The position numbers were made by a program, and so were the translations under genes. Shown piece by piece: positions 9,931-20,711 of a stretch of 64,000 nucleotides of DNA. This DNA is from Syntrophales bacterium (GTDB lineage: Bacteria > Desulfobacterota > Syntrophia > Syntrophales > UBA2185). Under the pieces are notes generated by a model. That model saw nothing but the letters and a program-made list of their open reading frames with translations. It was not told the origin of the DNA and did no database searches. Numbering within the stretch: the first letter of the stretch is position 1; each line of letters starts with the position of its first letter. The stretch is taken from contig JBEKOL010000010.1 of NCBI GenBank assembly GCA_049521775.1, forward strand, positions 9,628-73,627. The letters run 5' to 3'.

Positions 9931-11021
9931 TACCCATGGTTGATCTCAAGAGACAGTACCAGAATCTTAAAGCCGACATCAATGCAGCTATACAGAATGT
10001 TCTTGAAGACGGTCAGTTCATTTTGGGACCGAATGTGGCGGAACTGGAAAAAGAAATAGCCGCATATCACGGTGTCTCCCATGCTGTCGGTGTGGCAAGC
10101 GGCACCGACGCCCTGCTCCTGTCTCTGCGCGCCTGCGGAATTGGAGCCGGAGATGAGGTTATTACCACGCCCTTCACTTTCATTGCCACGGCGGACGTCA
10201 TATCACTTCTTCATGCAATACCCGTATTTGCCGATATCGTTACGGACACATTCAATATCGACCCCGGCAAGTTAGAAGAAAAAATTACAAGCAAGACCAA
10301 GGCGATCATCCCTGTCCATCTCTTCGGCCATCCTGCGGATATGGATCCGATCTGCGCCCTGGCCGCGAAATGCAAAATCAGGGTCATTGAAGATTGCGCC
10401 CAGGCCTTCGGTGCAACATATAAAGGGAAAAAGGTGGGTACCCGCGGTGACTGCGGCTGCTTTAGCTTCTTTCCGAGCAAGAACTTGGCCGGCTACGGCG
10501 ACGGAGGCATGATTATCACCGGCAATGAGGAAATGGCAAAGAATATGAGGCTTCTCCGGAACCACGGGAGCGCCGTTAAATACCATCACACGACGTTAGG
10601 TTATAACAGCCGACTCGATGAGATCCAGGCGGCAATCATCCGCGTCAAAATGAAAAAACTTGAAGAATTCAACGACAAGCGCCGCATCAACGCGGACATA
10701 TACAGAACGCTCATCAAGAGAGATGATATCACCCTCCCCATTGAACTTCCTTCTTGCAGGCATGTATATCATCAGTTTACGATCCGCTCAAAAAACAGGG
10801 ACGGCCTCATGAAAACCCTGCAAAATGAGAACGTCTCCTCCGCGATCTATTACCCGGTACCTCTCCATAGACAGGAGGTATTCACCCGTCAGCACATTCG
10901 TACGGAGAACCTGACGAACAGTGAGACATGCGCCGCGGAGGTGCTATCCCTGCCCATGTTCCCTGAACTGGAAAAAGATGAGATTGAACACGTAAGCAAT
11001 GTGATCAACCATGCACCCTGA
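9927..11021 (+). CDS. gnnB: DegT/DnrJ/EryC1/StrS aminotransferase, probable UDP-3-keto-GlcNAc aminotransferase
   Basis: SGTDAL, IEDCAQA, SFFPSKNL (PLP lysine), GYNSRLDEIQAA; overlaps the gnnA-like gene. Confidence 0.8.
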   Translation: MIPMVDLKRQYQNLKADINAAIQNVLEDGQFILGPNVAELEKEIAAYHGVSHAVGVASGTDALLLSLRACGIGAGDEVITTPFTFIATADVISLLHAIPVFADIVTDTFNIDPGKLEEKITSKTKAIIPVHLFGHPADMDPICALAAKCKIRVIEDCAQAFGATYKGKKVGTRGDCGCFSFFPSKNLAGYGDGGMIITGNEEMAKNMRLLRNHGSAVKYHHTTLGYNSRLDEIQAAIIRVKMKKLEEFNDKRRINADIYRTLIKRDDITLPIELPSCRHVYHQFTIRSKNRDGLMKTLQNENVSSAIYYPVPLHRQEVFTRQHIRTENLTNSETCAAEVLSLPMFPELEKDEIEHVSNVINHAP

Positions 11022-12237
11022 AACTTCCCTTCTCAAAGACAGACAAGATAAAAAAAACGGCAGCAAAAAACTGATCATGATTGTGGCGGGGGAAGCCTCG
11101 GGCGACCTCCATGGGGGAAACCTCGTACGGGCAATGCACAAGATCGATCCGGAAATAATATTCTATGGAGTCGGCGGCAGGAATTTGAAGGAGGCCGGCG
11201 CAGAGCTGATAGCAGATGCATCAGATATGGCTGTCGTCGGACTTACGGAGGTTGTCTTTAGGCTGGGGATGATACTGAAAGTCATGGCTCAACTTAAGGC
11301 GTCAATGAAGAAAGATAAACCCGATCTTATCATCCTCATCGATTACCCGGACTTCAACCTCCCACTCGCGAAGGCGGCGAAGAAATACGGCATAAAGGTA
11401 TTTTACTATATCAGTCCCCAGGTATGGGCGTGGCGAAGAGGAAGAATCGGGAAGATCAAGAAGATCGTGGACAGAATGGCCGTGATCCTCCCCTTTGAGG
11501 CCGATCTCTACAGGGAAGCAGGTGTTGATGCAACCTTCGTCGGCCATCCCCTCCTGGATGTGGTCAGGACAAAATATCCCCGCAGAGAGGCGCTGCATCG
11601 GTTCGATCTCCGTGAAGATGCGACGACTGTGGGAATTCTGCCCGGAAGCAGGGAGTCAGAGGTTACAAGGCTCCTTCCTGTGATGCTCAGGGCAGCGGAG
11701 ATCATCGAGAAAAAAATCAGGCCTGTCCAATTTGTGCTGCCTCTTGCCGCTACGCTTGATTTTGCTTTCGTCTCAGAAATAATTGCAAAACATTCCGTGC
11801 CGGTGAGACTTATCCCCAATGAAGTCTATGATGTCATCGGTTGTGCGGACATAGCCATGGTTGCTTCGGGAACGGCCACCCTGGAAACAGCTCTGATGGA
11901 GACGCCCATGGTTATTATTTATAAAGTGTCTGCACCTTCCTATTATGTAGGCAAGATGGTAATCAATGTCGATCACATCGGTCTCGTCAACATCATTGCC
12001 GGAAAGACGGTTGTCCCTGAGTTAATCCAGTCTGATGCAAGTCCGGAGAAGATAGCGGCAGAGGTCATGGACATTCTTGCAACCAAAGAGCGAATGGAAA
12101 GCATCACGGCTGAATTGAAGAAAATCAGAGATATGCTTGGAAGCCACGGTGCGGCAGAAAGGGTTGCCCGTCTGGCATATGATGTGATAAACACTAGATG
12201 TGAAACTAATTCAGACGCTGATTCAACTAATAACTAA
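11011..12237 (+). CDS. lpxB: Lipid-A-disaccharide synthase
   Basis: AGEASGDLHG, IDYPDFN, SPQVWAWR, FVGHPL, LPGSR, SGTATLE. Confidence 0.97.
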   Translation: MHPETSLLKDRQDKKNGSKKLIMIVAGEASGDLHGGNLVRAMHKIDPEIIFYGVGGRNLKEAGAELIADASDMAVVGLTEVVFRLGMILKVMAQLKASMKKDKPDLIILIDYPDFNLPLAKAAKKYGIKVFYYISPQVWAWRRGRIGKIKKIVDRMAVILPFEADLYREAGVDATFVGHPLLDVVRTKYPRREALHRFDLREDATTVGILPGSRESEVTRLLPVMLRAAEIIEKKIRPVQFVLPLAATLDFAFVSEIIAKHSVPVRLIPNEVYDVIGCADIAMVASGTATLETALMETPMVIIYKVSAPSYYVGKMVINVDHIGLVNIIAGKTVVPELIQSDASPEKIAAEVMDILATKERMESITAELKKIRDMLGSHGAAERVARLAYDVINTRCETNSDADSTNN

Positions 12238-12265
12238 ATTTTTGAATTTGGGATTTTTTTAAAAA

Positions 12266-14017
12266 GTGGATATTTTTAAACGCCTGTTACAGCTTGCAAA
12301 ACCACATGCATCGAAGTTCATCCTGGCGATGTTATGCATGCTTGTTGTCGGTGCTACAACGTCTGCCCTGGCTTTCCTTGTGAAGCCGGCCTTAGATGAA
12401 ATATTCCTCAAAAGAAACTCCGACATGCTCAAGTGGATCCCTGTCGCCGTCATTGTCATATACCTGATAAAAGGGGTTTGCAATTACACGCAAACGATAC
12501 TGATGAGTTTCATCGGCCAGCGGGTTGTAGCGGATTTGCGACATAATCTCTACAGACGAATACAGATGCAATCCCTTTCATTTTTCACCAAGAATCCGAC
12601 AGGCATCCTCATGTCGCGGATTACAAGTGATGTGGCATGTATCCAGGGAGCCGTATCGGAAGCCGTCACAAGCCTCCTTAAAGACTCCTTCACCCTTATC
12701 TGTCTTGTATTTGTCATCTTTTATCGTGACTGGCAATTGGCGATAATTGCCATGTTCGTATTTCCTCTTACCATCTATCCCATAGCCAAATTCGGTGCGA
12801 AAATGAGAAACATTGCCACGCGCACTCAGGTTACCATAGGCAGTCTTACCACGCTTCTCCAGGAAACAATTTCCGGCACGAGGATCGTCAAGGCCTTCAG
12901 CATGGAAGAATATGAAAACAGGAGGTTTGCAAAAGAAAATGAGCACCTCTTCAAACTTGCTTTGAAATCCGTATCCGTAAACGCCGTTTCCAGCCCTTTC
13001 ATGGAATTCTTGGGAGGTATAGGCATCGCCGCTATTATCTTCTATGGAGGGTACCAGGTGATAAACGGCGTCTCCACGCCAGGCACTTTTTTTTCTTTCC
13101 TGACGGCGCTGATCATGCTCTACGAGCCGGTCAAACGGCTGACTAATGTCAATAATACAATACAGCAGGGAATTGCCGGCGCAGTGCGGGTTTTCAGTAT
13201 CATCGACATCGTGCCGGATATAATAAATGACGCCGACGCCATCGAGCTGCCGAAAATATCGCGGGGCATTGATATCCGGAACGTTACCTTCCGTTACGAA
13301 GAAACGCCGGTCTTGAAGAATATAGATCTCTCTATTAAAGCAGGAGAGGTCGTTGCCTTTGTCGGCATGAGTGGTGGAGGCAAGACAACCCTCGTCAATC
13401 TGATCCCTCGCTTTTACGATGTCTCGCAGGGAAAGATTCTGATAGACGGTCATGACATCCGTCACGTCACTATCGAGTCCCTGCGCGGGCAGATCGGAAT
13501 CGTCACACAGCAGACCATCCTCTTTAACGACACGGTGCGAAACAATATCGCCTATGGCAACATCGAAAAGACCGATGAGGATATCATCCAGGCAGCGAAG
13601 GCAGCCAACGCCCACGACTTCATCATGAACTTACCAAAAGGGTACGATACTGTTATCGGTGAACAGGGAGCAAAACTCTCCGGAGGCGAAAGGCAGAGAA
13701 TATCCATAGCAAGGGCCCTGCTCAAGGATGCGCCGATTCTAATTCTTGACGAAGCAACATCGTCCCTTGACACGGAAGCAGAGATAGAGGTTCAGGATGC
13801 CCTGGAATATCTGATGAAAGGGAGGACGACACTTATCATTGCGCACCGGCTTTCGACAATCCGTAACGCCCATCGGATATTGGTGCTTGCAAACGGCGAG
13901 ATTGTTGAAGAGGGAACCCACGAATCTCTTCTTGAAAAAAGAGGAGAATACTTTAAGTTTTACAGCATGCAGTTTAAAGATGAAAACAGGAACAGCATTG
14001 AAAAAACTGTCCAGTAA
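12266..14017 (+). CDS. msbA: Lipid A export ABC transporter
   Basis: TMD-NBD fusion, GMSGGGKTT, LSGGERQR, LILDEATSSLD; between lpxB and lpxK. Confidence 0.92.
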   Translation: MDIFKRLLQLAKPHASKFILAMLCMLVVGATTSALAFLVKPALDEIFLKRNSDMLKWIPVAVIVIYLIKGVCNYTQTILMSFIGQRVVADLRHNLYRRIQMQSLSFFTKNPTGILMSRITSDVACIQGAVSEAVTSLLKDSFTLICLVFVIFYRDWQLAIIAMFVFPLTIYPIAKFGAKMRNIATRTQVTIGSLTTLLQETISGTRIVKAFSMEEYENRRFAKENEHLFKLALKSVSVNAVSSPFMEFLGGIGIAAIIFYGGYQVINGVSTPGTFFSFLTALIMLYEPVKRLTNVNNTIQQGIAGAVRVFSIIDIVPDIINDADAIELPKISRGIDIRNVTFRYEETPVLKNIDLSIKAGEVVAFVGMSGGGKTTLVNLIPRFYDVSQGKILIDGHDIRHVTIESLRGQIGIVTQQTILFNDTVRNNIAYGNIEKTDEDIIQAAKAANAHDFIMNLPKGYDTVIGEQGAKLSGGERQRISIARALLKDAPILILDEATSSLDTEAEIEVQDALEYLMKGRTTLIIAHRLSTIRNAHRILVLANGEIVEEGTHESLLEKRGEYFKFYSMQFKDENRNSIEKTVQ

Positions 14018-15092
14018 ATTAAGAATAATCTGGTACTCGGACACTGCTGAGTCCCTACTGAACCCCCTGAAACTGATTCTATCCTTTCTATCTTTATTCT
14101 ACCGTTCTGTTGTCAGCTTGAAAAACCTGATGTATGATCTTGGCATCATCAGGCAGATTAAGCTCCCCTGTAAGGTTATCAGCATCGGAAACATAACTGT
14201 TGGCGGCACCGGCAAGACTCCAACGGTGATAATGTTGGCAAAGTCGCTGAAGGAGAAAGGATACAGACCAGCCGTATTAAGCAGGGGATACGGGGGAAAG
14301 GCCAAATCTCCTGTGAACGTCGTGTCGGATGGTTCAAAAATCCTGATGGGACAAGTTGAGGCCGGGGATGAACCGATCCTCATTGCAAAAGCTGCGGAGG
14401 GTATACCGGTGCTTACAGGACCGGAAAGAATCGACACGGCCAGGTTCGCCATAGAAAACCTAAAAGCCAATGTCCTGATACTTGATGATGCATTCCAGCA
14501 CAGGCGTATCTTCAGGGATGTGGATATGGTCATCCTTAATCGGGAACAACCCTTCGGAAACGGTTTCCTGCTCCCGAGGGGACCGCTTCGGGAACCGACG
14601 GCAGCTCTGAATCGGGCACATTTCGTCATATGGAGAGACAGCGCCAGAGATGGCCGTTATCCAAAATACCAAGAGCAGGGCATAGGCAGTTTCTTCCCCG
14701 TACTCTCGGTGTACCTGCAACCGAAAGATATCATACGCGCCGATACGGGGGAGGTCTATCCATTAGAATTCGTTAAAGGGAAAAAAGTCTGTGCCTTTGC
14801 CGGAATCGCGTCACCGGAAGCATTCAGCAGAACCGTCGAATCTTTAGGTTGGGACGTGACGAGTTTCATTGACTTCCCAGACCACTACAACTATACGGAT
14901 AACGATATATCTTATATTAAGAGAAGATGCATCGATTCCTTCTCTGATGTCATTATCACTACAGAAAAGGACGGCGTCCGTTTAACAGACTTCCCCGATT
15001 TTTTGAAAGATGTCTTTCTCCTGCAGGTGGAGATGGAGATGCTCCCTTCCCGGGAGGAATTTGAAGCGCTAATTTTCGAGAGACTGAAGTGA
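13998..15092 (+). CDS. lpxK: Tetraacyldisaccharide 4'-kinase
   Basis: ISIGNITVGGTGKTP, LSRGYGG, GDEP, LDDAFQH, TTEKD; start uncertain (ATG 13980 or TTG 13998 rather than 13839). Confidence 0.95.
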   Translation: MKKLSSKLRIIWYSDTAESLLNPLKLILSFLSLFYRSVVSLKNLMYDLGIIRQIKLPCKVISIGNITVGGTGKTPTVIMLAKSLKEKGYRPAVLSRGYGGKAKSPVNVVSDGSKILMGQVEAGDEPILIAKAAEGIPVLTGPERIDTARFAIENLKANVLILDDAFQHRRIFRDVDMVILNREQPFGNGFLLPRGPLREPTAALNRAHFVIWRDSARDGRYPKYQEQGIGSFFPVLSVYLQPKDIIRADTGEVYPLEFVKGKKVCAFAGIASPEAFSRTVESLGWDVTSFIDFPDHYNYTDNDISYIKRRCIDSFSDVIITTEKDGVRLTDFPDFLKDVFLLQVEMEMLPSREEFEALIFERLK

Positions 15093-16000
15093 CAAAATCA
15101 GTGATGACACATATAATACTTAAGTGCTTCAGTGCCATACCGCGGGAGTCGAGAAGGGACTTATTTATAGGAATGTTCCGCCTTTTTTACTATCTTTCCG
15201 CGAGGCAGAGATTTATTACTATTCACAATCTCAGGCGCGCCTTCCCGGAGAAGAGCGCAGATGAAATCATCGCCATCGCCAAAGGAGTATACAGGACTCT
15301 CGGTATTGTAGCAGCGGATTTCTTTGACATCCCTTCCTTAACAAAGGAAAATATCGGCGATCTGGTTGAGGTCGAAGGACTGGAGAATTTGCAAAAGGCT
15401 CTGGAGAAGAACAAGGGAGTCCTCCTCTTTGGCGCCCACTTCGGCAACTGGGAGCTTGCCGTGATAGCGATTTCGCTGCTCTTAAAACCCGTGGTTGTGA
15501 TCTATCGCCCTTTCGATAGCTCCGTCCTGAACAATCTGGTTGCGTTAGTTCGGTCCTCCACCGGCAATACACCTCTACCAAAAGAACGCGCCATGAGACA
15601 GATGCTCCGCAGCCTCAAAAAAAACGAGATTCTAGGCATTCTGATGGACCAAAATGTAGCCTGGCAAGAGGGAGTCTTCGTGGATTTTTTCGGAAGACCC
15701 GCCTGTACAACAAACGGGCTTGCACTCCTTTCCCTTTATACGGAAGCGCCTGTTATCCCCGGGTATATAGTCAGGCTGGAAAACGGCAAATACCGGCTGG
15801 TTATCAAGGAGGAGATGCAAGTAATCCGCGCAGGCGACGAAGATGCAGATATTCTCATCAATACACAGAATTTCACCAGGGTCATAGAAGATGCAGTCAG
15901 GGAGTATCCGGATCAATGGCTCTGGATCCATCAGAGATGGAAGACCAAACCCTGGCAGGCAGCGAAGACACATGAGGAAGAAGGTGCCGCCAACAAATGA
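15089..16000 (+). CDS. lpxL: Lipid A late acyltransferase (LpxL/HtrB family)
   Basis: AHFGNWE, MDQN, FVDFFG, YPDQWLWIHQRWKT. Confidence 0.9.
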   Translation: MTKSVMTHIILKCFSAIPRESRRDLFIGMFRLFYYLSARQRFITIHNLRRAFPEKSADEIIAIAKGVYRTLGIVAADFFDIPSLTKENIGDLVEVEGLENLQKALEKNKGVLLFGAHFGNWELAVIAISLLLKPVVVIYRPFDSSVLNNLVALVRSSTGNTPLPKERAMRQMLRSLKKNEILGILMDQNVAWQEGVFVDFFGRPACTTNGLALLSLYTEAPVIPGYIVRLENGKYRLVIKEEMQVIRAGDEDADILINTQNFTRVIEDAVREYPDQWLWIHQRWKTKPWQAAKTHEEEGAANK

Positions 16001-17055
16001 AAGTCAGAATCTCAACGCGCACCCCCTTTAACAGGGCAAAAAATATTCTGATACGCGGTACGAACTGGATCGGAGACGCCGTCATGACGCTGCCCGCAGT
16101 CCATGCCATCAGAAATACCTTTCCCGTTGCGCGTATATCTGTTCTCGCAAAGCCGTGGGTTGCAGAGATATTCAACCTTTGCCCGGACGTTGATGAGGTC
16201 ATCGTTTTCAAAATCCCCGGCCCTCATTCAGGCATAGACGGAAAGCTGAAACTGGCAAAAGAACTGAAGGCCAGGAGATTTGATACGGCCATCCTCCTGC
16301 AGAATGCCATAGAGGCGGCCATCATAACCTGGCTAGCCGCTATCCCTGTCCGGGCAGGATACAACTCCGACGCAAGAGGGTTGCTTCTTACACACTCCGT
16401 CCAGAGGACAGAAGACATCAGGAAAGTGCACCAGATCCAGTACTACCTGGAAATGGTCAAAGCCCTCGGATGCCAATCAGCAGGGGAAAATGTGTATCTG
16501 CAGCCGGGAAACGAATATGAGAGCTTGTCGGAGAAGATTCTCGGCGAATATGGTATCCGTAGAGAGGGCATTATAATCGGCCTCGCACCGGGAGCTACTT
16601 ACGGACCCGCGAAGAGGTGGCTTCCGGAAAGGTTTGCCGCCGTCGGTGACAGATTGATTGAAGACCTTTTCGCACAGGTGGTTCTTTTCGGAAGTCGTGA
16701 AGACAGGCAAACAACTGATCTTGTAGAGCAGCATGCCCATCATCCACTCATCAACCTTGCCGGGAAAACAAATCTGAAGGAGGCCATAGCGTCTATCTCC
16801 AAGTGCAGCCTTTTCATATCCAACGATTCCGGTCTGATGCATATAGCCGGAGCTTTAAATATCCCCACGGTTGCCATTTTCGGATCGACGAATCCTGTCA
16901 CGACCTCTCCTGTCGGAGATAGAAGTGTAGTAATCTACAAGGGTGTCTCGTGCAGCCCATGTCTCAAACAGACATGCCCGACAGATTTCAGATGCATGGA
17001 CGTAATCAGTGTTGAGGAAGTTTGTGAAACCGCCAAGGGTATTTTGACGCAATGA
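15997..17055 (+). CDS. waaF: LPS heptosyltransferase II (GT9)
   Basis: NWIGDAVM, APGATYGPAKRW, SNDSGLMH, C-terminal CSPC motif. Confidence 0.9.
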   Translation: MKVRISTRTPFNRAKNILIRGTNWIGDAVMTLPAVHAIRNTFPVARISVLAKPWVAEIFNLCPDVDEVIVFKIPGPHSGIDGKLKLAKELKARRFDTAILLQNAIEAAIITWLAAIPVRAGYNSDARGLLLTHSVQRTEDIRKVHQIQYYLEMVKALGCQSAGENVYLQPGNEYESLSEKILGEYGIRREGIIIGLAPGATYGPAKRWLPERFAAVGDRLIEDLFAQVVLFGSREDRQTTDLVEQHAHHPLINLAGKTNLKEAIASISKCSLFISNDSGLMHIAGALNIPTVAIFGSTNPVTTSPVGDRSVVIYKGVSCSPCLKQTCPTDFRCMDVISVEEVCETAKGILTQ

Positions 17056-17660
17056 AAAAGAATACGGCAGTTTTTCTGGACAGGGATGGCACGATCAATG
17101 AAGAGGTGGGATACCTGGACAGCGTTGACAAGCTGAAGCTCTTTGCCTATACGGCAGAAGCGATAAGGCTGATCAACGAAAGCGGAATGAAGGCCGTTGT
17201 GATTACCAATCAGTCAGGGGTAGCAAAGGGATATTTCACCGAGGAATTCGTCAGGACGGTTCACGGGCGCATCCAGGAAATGCTGCGGGAGAGAGGCGCA
17301 TTCATTGATGCTTTCTACTACTGTCCCCATCACCAGACAGAAGGTATCGGGGTTTATCTGCAGTCCTGCGCATGCAGGAAGCCGGAGGCGGGAATGCTTA
17401 TCGAAGCATCGGAAGATCTCGACATCGACTTTCGGCGTTCTTACACGGTTGGAGACATGCTGAAAGACATCCAGGTGGGGCGTACGGTGGGAGCGAAAGG
17501 AATCCTTGTCAAGACAGGCTATGGTATAAATACCATAGAGAAAGACTTAACGTCCGATACTTCCCAAATCTGTCAGCCAAACTATATCGCGGAAGATATT
17601 CTCGATGCTGTCAAGTGGATCATGAAGGATCGAAAAAAGAAACGCCCGAAAAAGCTTTAG
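17052..17660 (+). CDS. gmhB: D-glycero-D-manno-heptose 1,7-bisphosphate phosphatase
   Basis: FLDRDGTIN HAD motif, TNQSG, YCPHH..CACRKP zinc site. Confidence 0.93.
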   Translation: MKKNTAVFLDRDGTINEEVGYLDSVDKLKLFAYTAEAIRLINESGMKAVVITNQSGVAKGYFTEEFVRTVHGRIQEMLRERGAFIDAFYYCPHHQTEGIGVYLQSCACRKPEAGMLIEASEDLDIDFRRSYTVGDMLKDIQVGRTVGAKGILVKTGYGINTIEKDLTSDTSQICQPNYIAEDILDAVKWIMKDRKKKRPKKL

Positions 17661-17703
17661 ACCATTATTGCTGACTGTGTGAAGCGGTCTCATAAGAAAT
17701 TTT

Positions 17704-18732
17704 ATGAATATTCTGATTGTAAAATTGAGCGCTATCGGAGACGTTATCCATACCCTTCCCTCTTTGGCCGCCCTTAGAAAACTCTACCCTGAGGCGAATA
17801 TCACCTGGGTCATTGAAGATGCCTCTTCTGACCTCATTTTGGGCCATCCGTATCTGGATAGAGTCATAATCTCTCATAGGAAACAATGGATAAATGACCT
17901 GAAAAAGGGCCGCATCACAAAGCCTATAAGAGAAATTAGAGCCTTCATCGATGATCTGAGAAAGCAGCCTTACGACCTGGTAATTGATTTTCACGGGCTT
18001 ATCAAGAGCGCTGTTCTTGTCCTTCTCAGTTCCGGCAAAAGAAAACTAGGCTACGATAGCATGCAGGAACTCAGCGGTATTTTTCTCAATGAAAAGATCC
18101 CAGAAAACATGCGTAAGCACGCCGTTGACCGCTACCTTGATTTTCTCCGTTATCTCGGTGCAGATGTAAATGAGCCGGAATTTTTGATTCCCATCGGTGA
18201 AGAAAACAAAAAAAGAGTGGAAGAACTTCTGCAAAGAAACGACATTGACAAGAAGGGCCGATTTGTGGCAGTAAGCCCTGAAGCCTTATGGGACACTAAA
18301 CTCTGGACGGATGAAAAATTCGCCGCGTTGTGTGACCGGATTTCAAAAGAGCTAAAGGTCAGCGTTATTTTTACTGGAACCGAGCGCGATAAATTGGAGC
18401 ACATTCAATCCCGGATGAAGACTCCCTCTGTCAACCTGGGAAGAAAAACGACGCTCCGTGACTTGGCCTATCTTTATCAGCGATCTTCACTACTGATCAC
18501 CACAGACTCAGGTCCAATGCACCTTGCGGCAGCCATGGGGACACCTGTTATCGCTCTTTTCGGTCCTACTGATCCATCTCGGACGGGCCCGTACGGAAAA
18601 GGGCATGTGGTCATACAGAGGGAATTGTCCTGCAGTCCCTGTTTCCTGAAGAAGTGCGCCTCCATGGAATGTATGTCCGGCATTACCATTGAAGAAGTCT
18701 TTCATGCGGCAAGAGAAAAATTATCTGGGTGA
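17704..18732 (+). CDS. waaC: LPS heptosyltransferase (GT9, WaaC-like)
   Basis: ILIVKLSAIGDVIHTLP, DFHGLIKSA, TTDSGPMHLAAA. Confidence 0.75.
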   Translation: MNILIVKLSAIGDVIHTLPSLAALRKLYPEANITWVIEDASSDLILGHPYLDRVIISHRKQWINDLKKGRITKPIREIRAFIDDLRKQPYDLVIDFHGLIKSAVLVLLSSGKRKLGYDSMQELSGIFLNEKIPENMRKHAVDRYLDFLRYLGADVNEPEFLIPIGEENKKRVEELLQRNDIDKKGRFVAVSPEALWDTKLWTDEKFAALCDRISKELKVSVIFTGTERDKLEHIQSRMKTPSVNLGRKTTLRDLAYLYQRSSLLITTDSGPMHLAAAMGTPVIALFGPTDPSRTGPYGKGHVVIQRELSCSPCFLKKCASMECMSGITIEEVFHAAREKLSG

Positions 18733-18733
18733 G

Positions 18734-19351
18734 GTGAATAGAACGTTGAATATTCGGGGTGCTGCGCTGTTAAAGATTTTTATTGTCTTCGCCATTATTC
18801 TTTCGGCAAACCATGCATATTGTTCTGAAGATGTGCAGAAAGAAGGTCGCACCAGTGACAGATTCTTCACAGAGATGGGATTTATCACCGGTTTCGGAAG
18901 CGGCAACATTCCGGAAGGCACCTATCAGCCTATCTTACTGATTGGCCATTTCGGTGTCGATATGAAAAGATATTTCCAGGGATTGAAAGATCACCGGGGA
19001 ACGCTTTCCGTTTTTCTCGAGCCTCAGTTCAATCCCGTTTTCAGTCCGCAGACCGACTTCGAACTGGGCGTTGGTGTTGGCATCCAGTACATGTATCCGG
19101 TCATGGACAAACTATCCATTTACGTCCTCGGAAGTGTTGGACCGCATTATATTTCCTTAGTCACAAGTCAACAGGCCACCGGTTTCATATTCTCCGACAC
19201 AATCGGAGCCGGACTGTATTATTATCTCACAAAGGATTCAGCGATCAATGCAGGCTACCGGCTCAGGCATATTTCCAATGCGAATTGTGCATCACCAAAT
19301 CTGGGCATCAATACCAATTTTGGAGTTATAGGCTACTCGGTCTTTTTTTGA
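18734..19351 (+). CDS. pagL: Acyloxyacyl hydrolase / lipid A 3-O-deacylase (PagL family) outer-membrane beta-barrel
   Basis: Signal peptide, alternating beta strands, YRLRHISNA..PNLGIN catalytic motif, C-terminal Phe; GTG at 18734 preferred over 18689. Confidence 0.75.
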   Translation: MNRTLNIRGAALLKIFIVFAIILSANHAYCSEDVQKEGRTSDRFFTEMGFITGFGSGNIPEGTYQPILLIGHFGVDMKRYFQGLKDHRGTLSVFLEPQFNPVFSPQTDFELGVGVGIQYMYPVMDKLSIYVLGSVGPHYISLVTSQQATGFIFSDTIGAGLYYYLTKDSAINAGYRLRHISNANCASPNLGINTNFGVIGYSVFF

Positions 19352-19415
19352 TTGATTTTTCCCCGGACGGGGATAAGAAGGTTGATACGGCAGAATTTAT
19401 AAGGGAGGGAAGAAT

Positions 19416-19586
19416 TTGGCGATTAGCAAAGAACTGCTGGATATTTTGGTATGCCCGAAGTGCAAGGGTGACATCCGCTTGAATGAATCTGGAGATGGAT
19501 TGATCTGCGATAAGTGTAAACTGTTATATGAGATCAAAGACGATATCCCGATTATGTTGATTGATGAGGCAAAGAAGCTGCCCTGA
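19416..19586 (+). CDS. Trm112/YcaR family small zinc-binding protein (56 aa; not in the ORF track)
   Basis: Read by eye: GGGAGG SD, TTG start, MAISKELLDILVCPKCKG...LICDKCKLLYEIKDDIPIMLIDEAKKLP*. Confidence 0.92.
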   Translation: MAISKELLDILVCPKCKGDIRLNESGDGLICDKCKLLYEIKDDIPIMLIDEAKKLP

Positions 19587-19717
19587 CTTGAGCCTTCTGA
19601 ATAATTCAAGACGTGATCGGATTTTTTCCCAACTCGCTTTATCCCGTCTGCGATCATCAGCCGCTAATTGAAACTTGAAGCGTTCCGTAAGAGACTCCCT
19701 TATCATAAGCCCCGTAT

Positions 19718-20665
<948 letters not shown>

Positions 20666-20711
20666 CTAAATTGAGGATTTAAGGAACGAGGATTTTCATG
20701 CAAACACGCAG

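Noticed and set aside
12578-13615. 345-aa ORF antisense to msbA
   Set aside because: Typical antisense shadow of a conserved ABC gene; no independent evidence.
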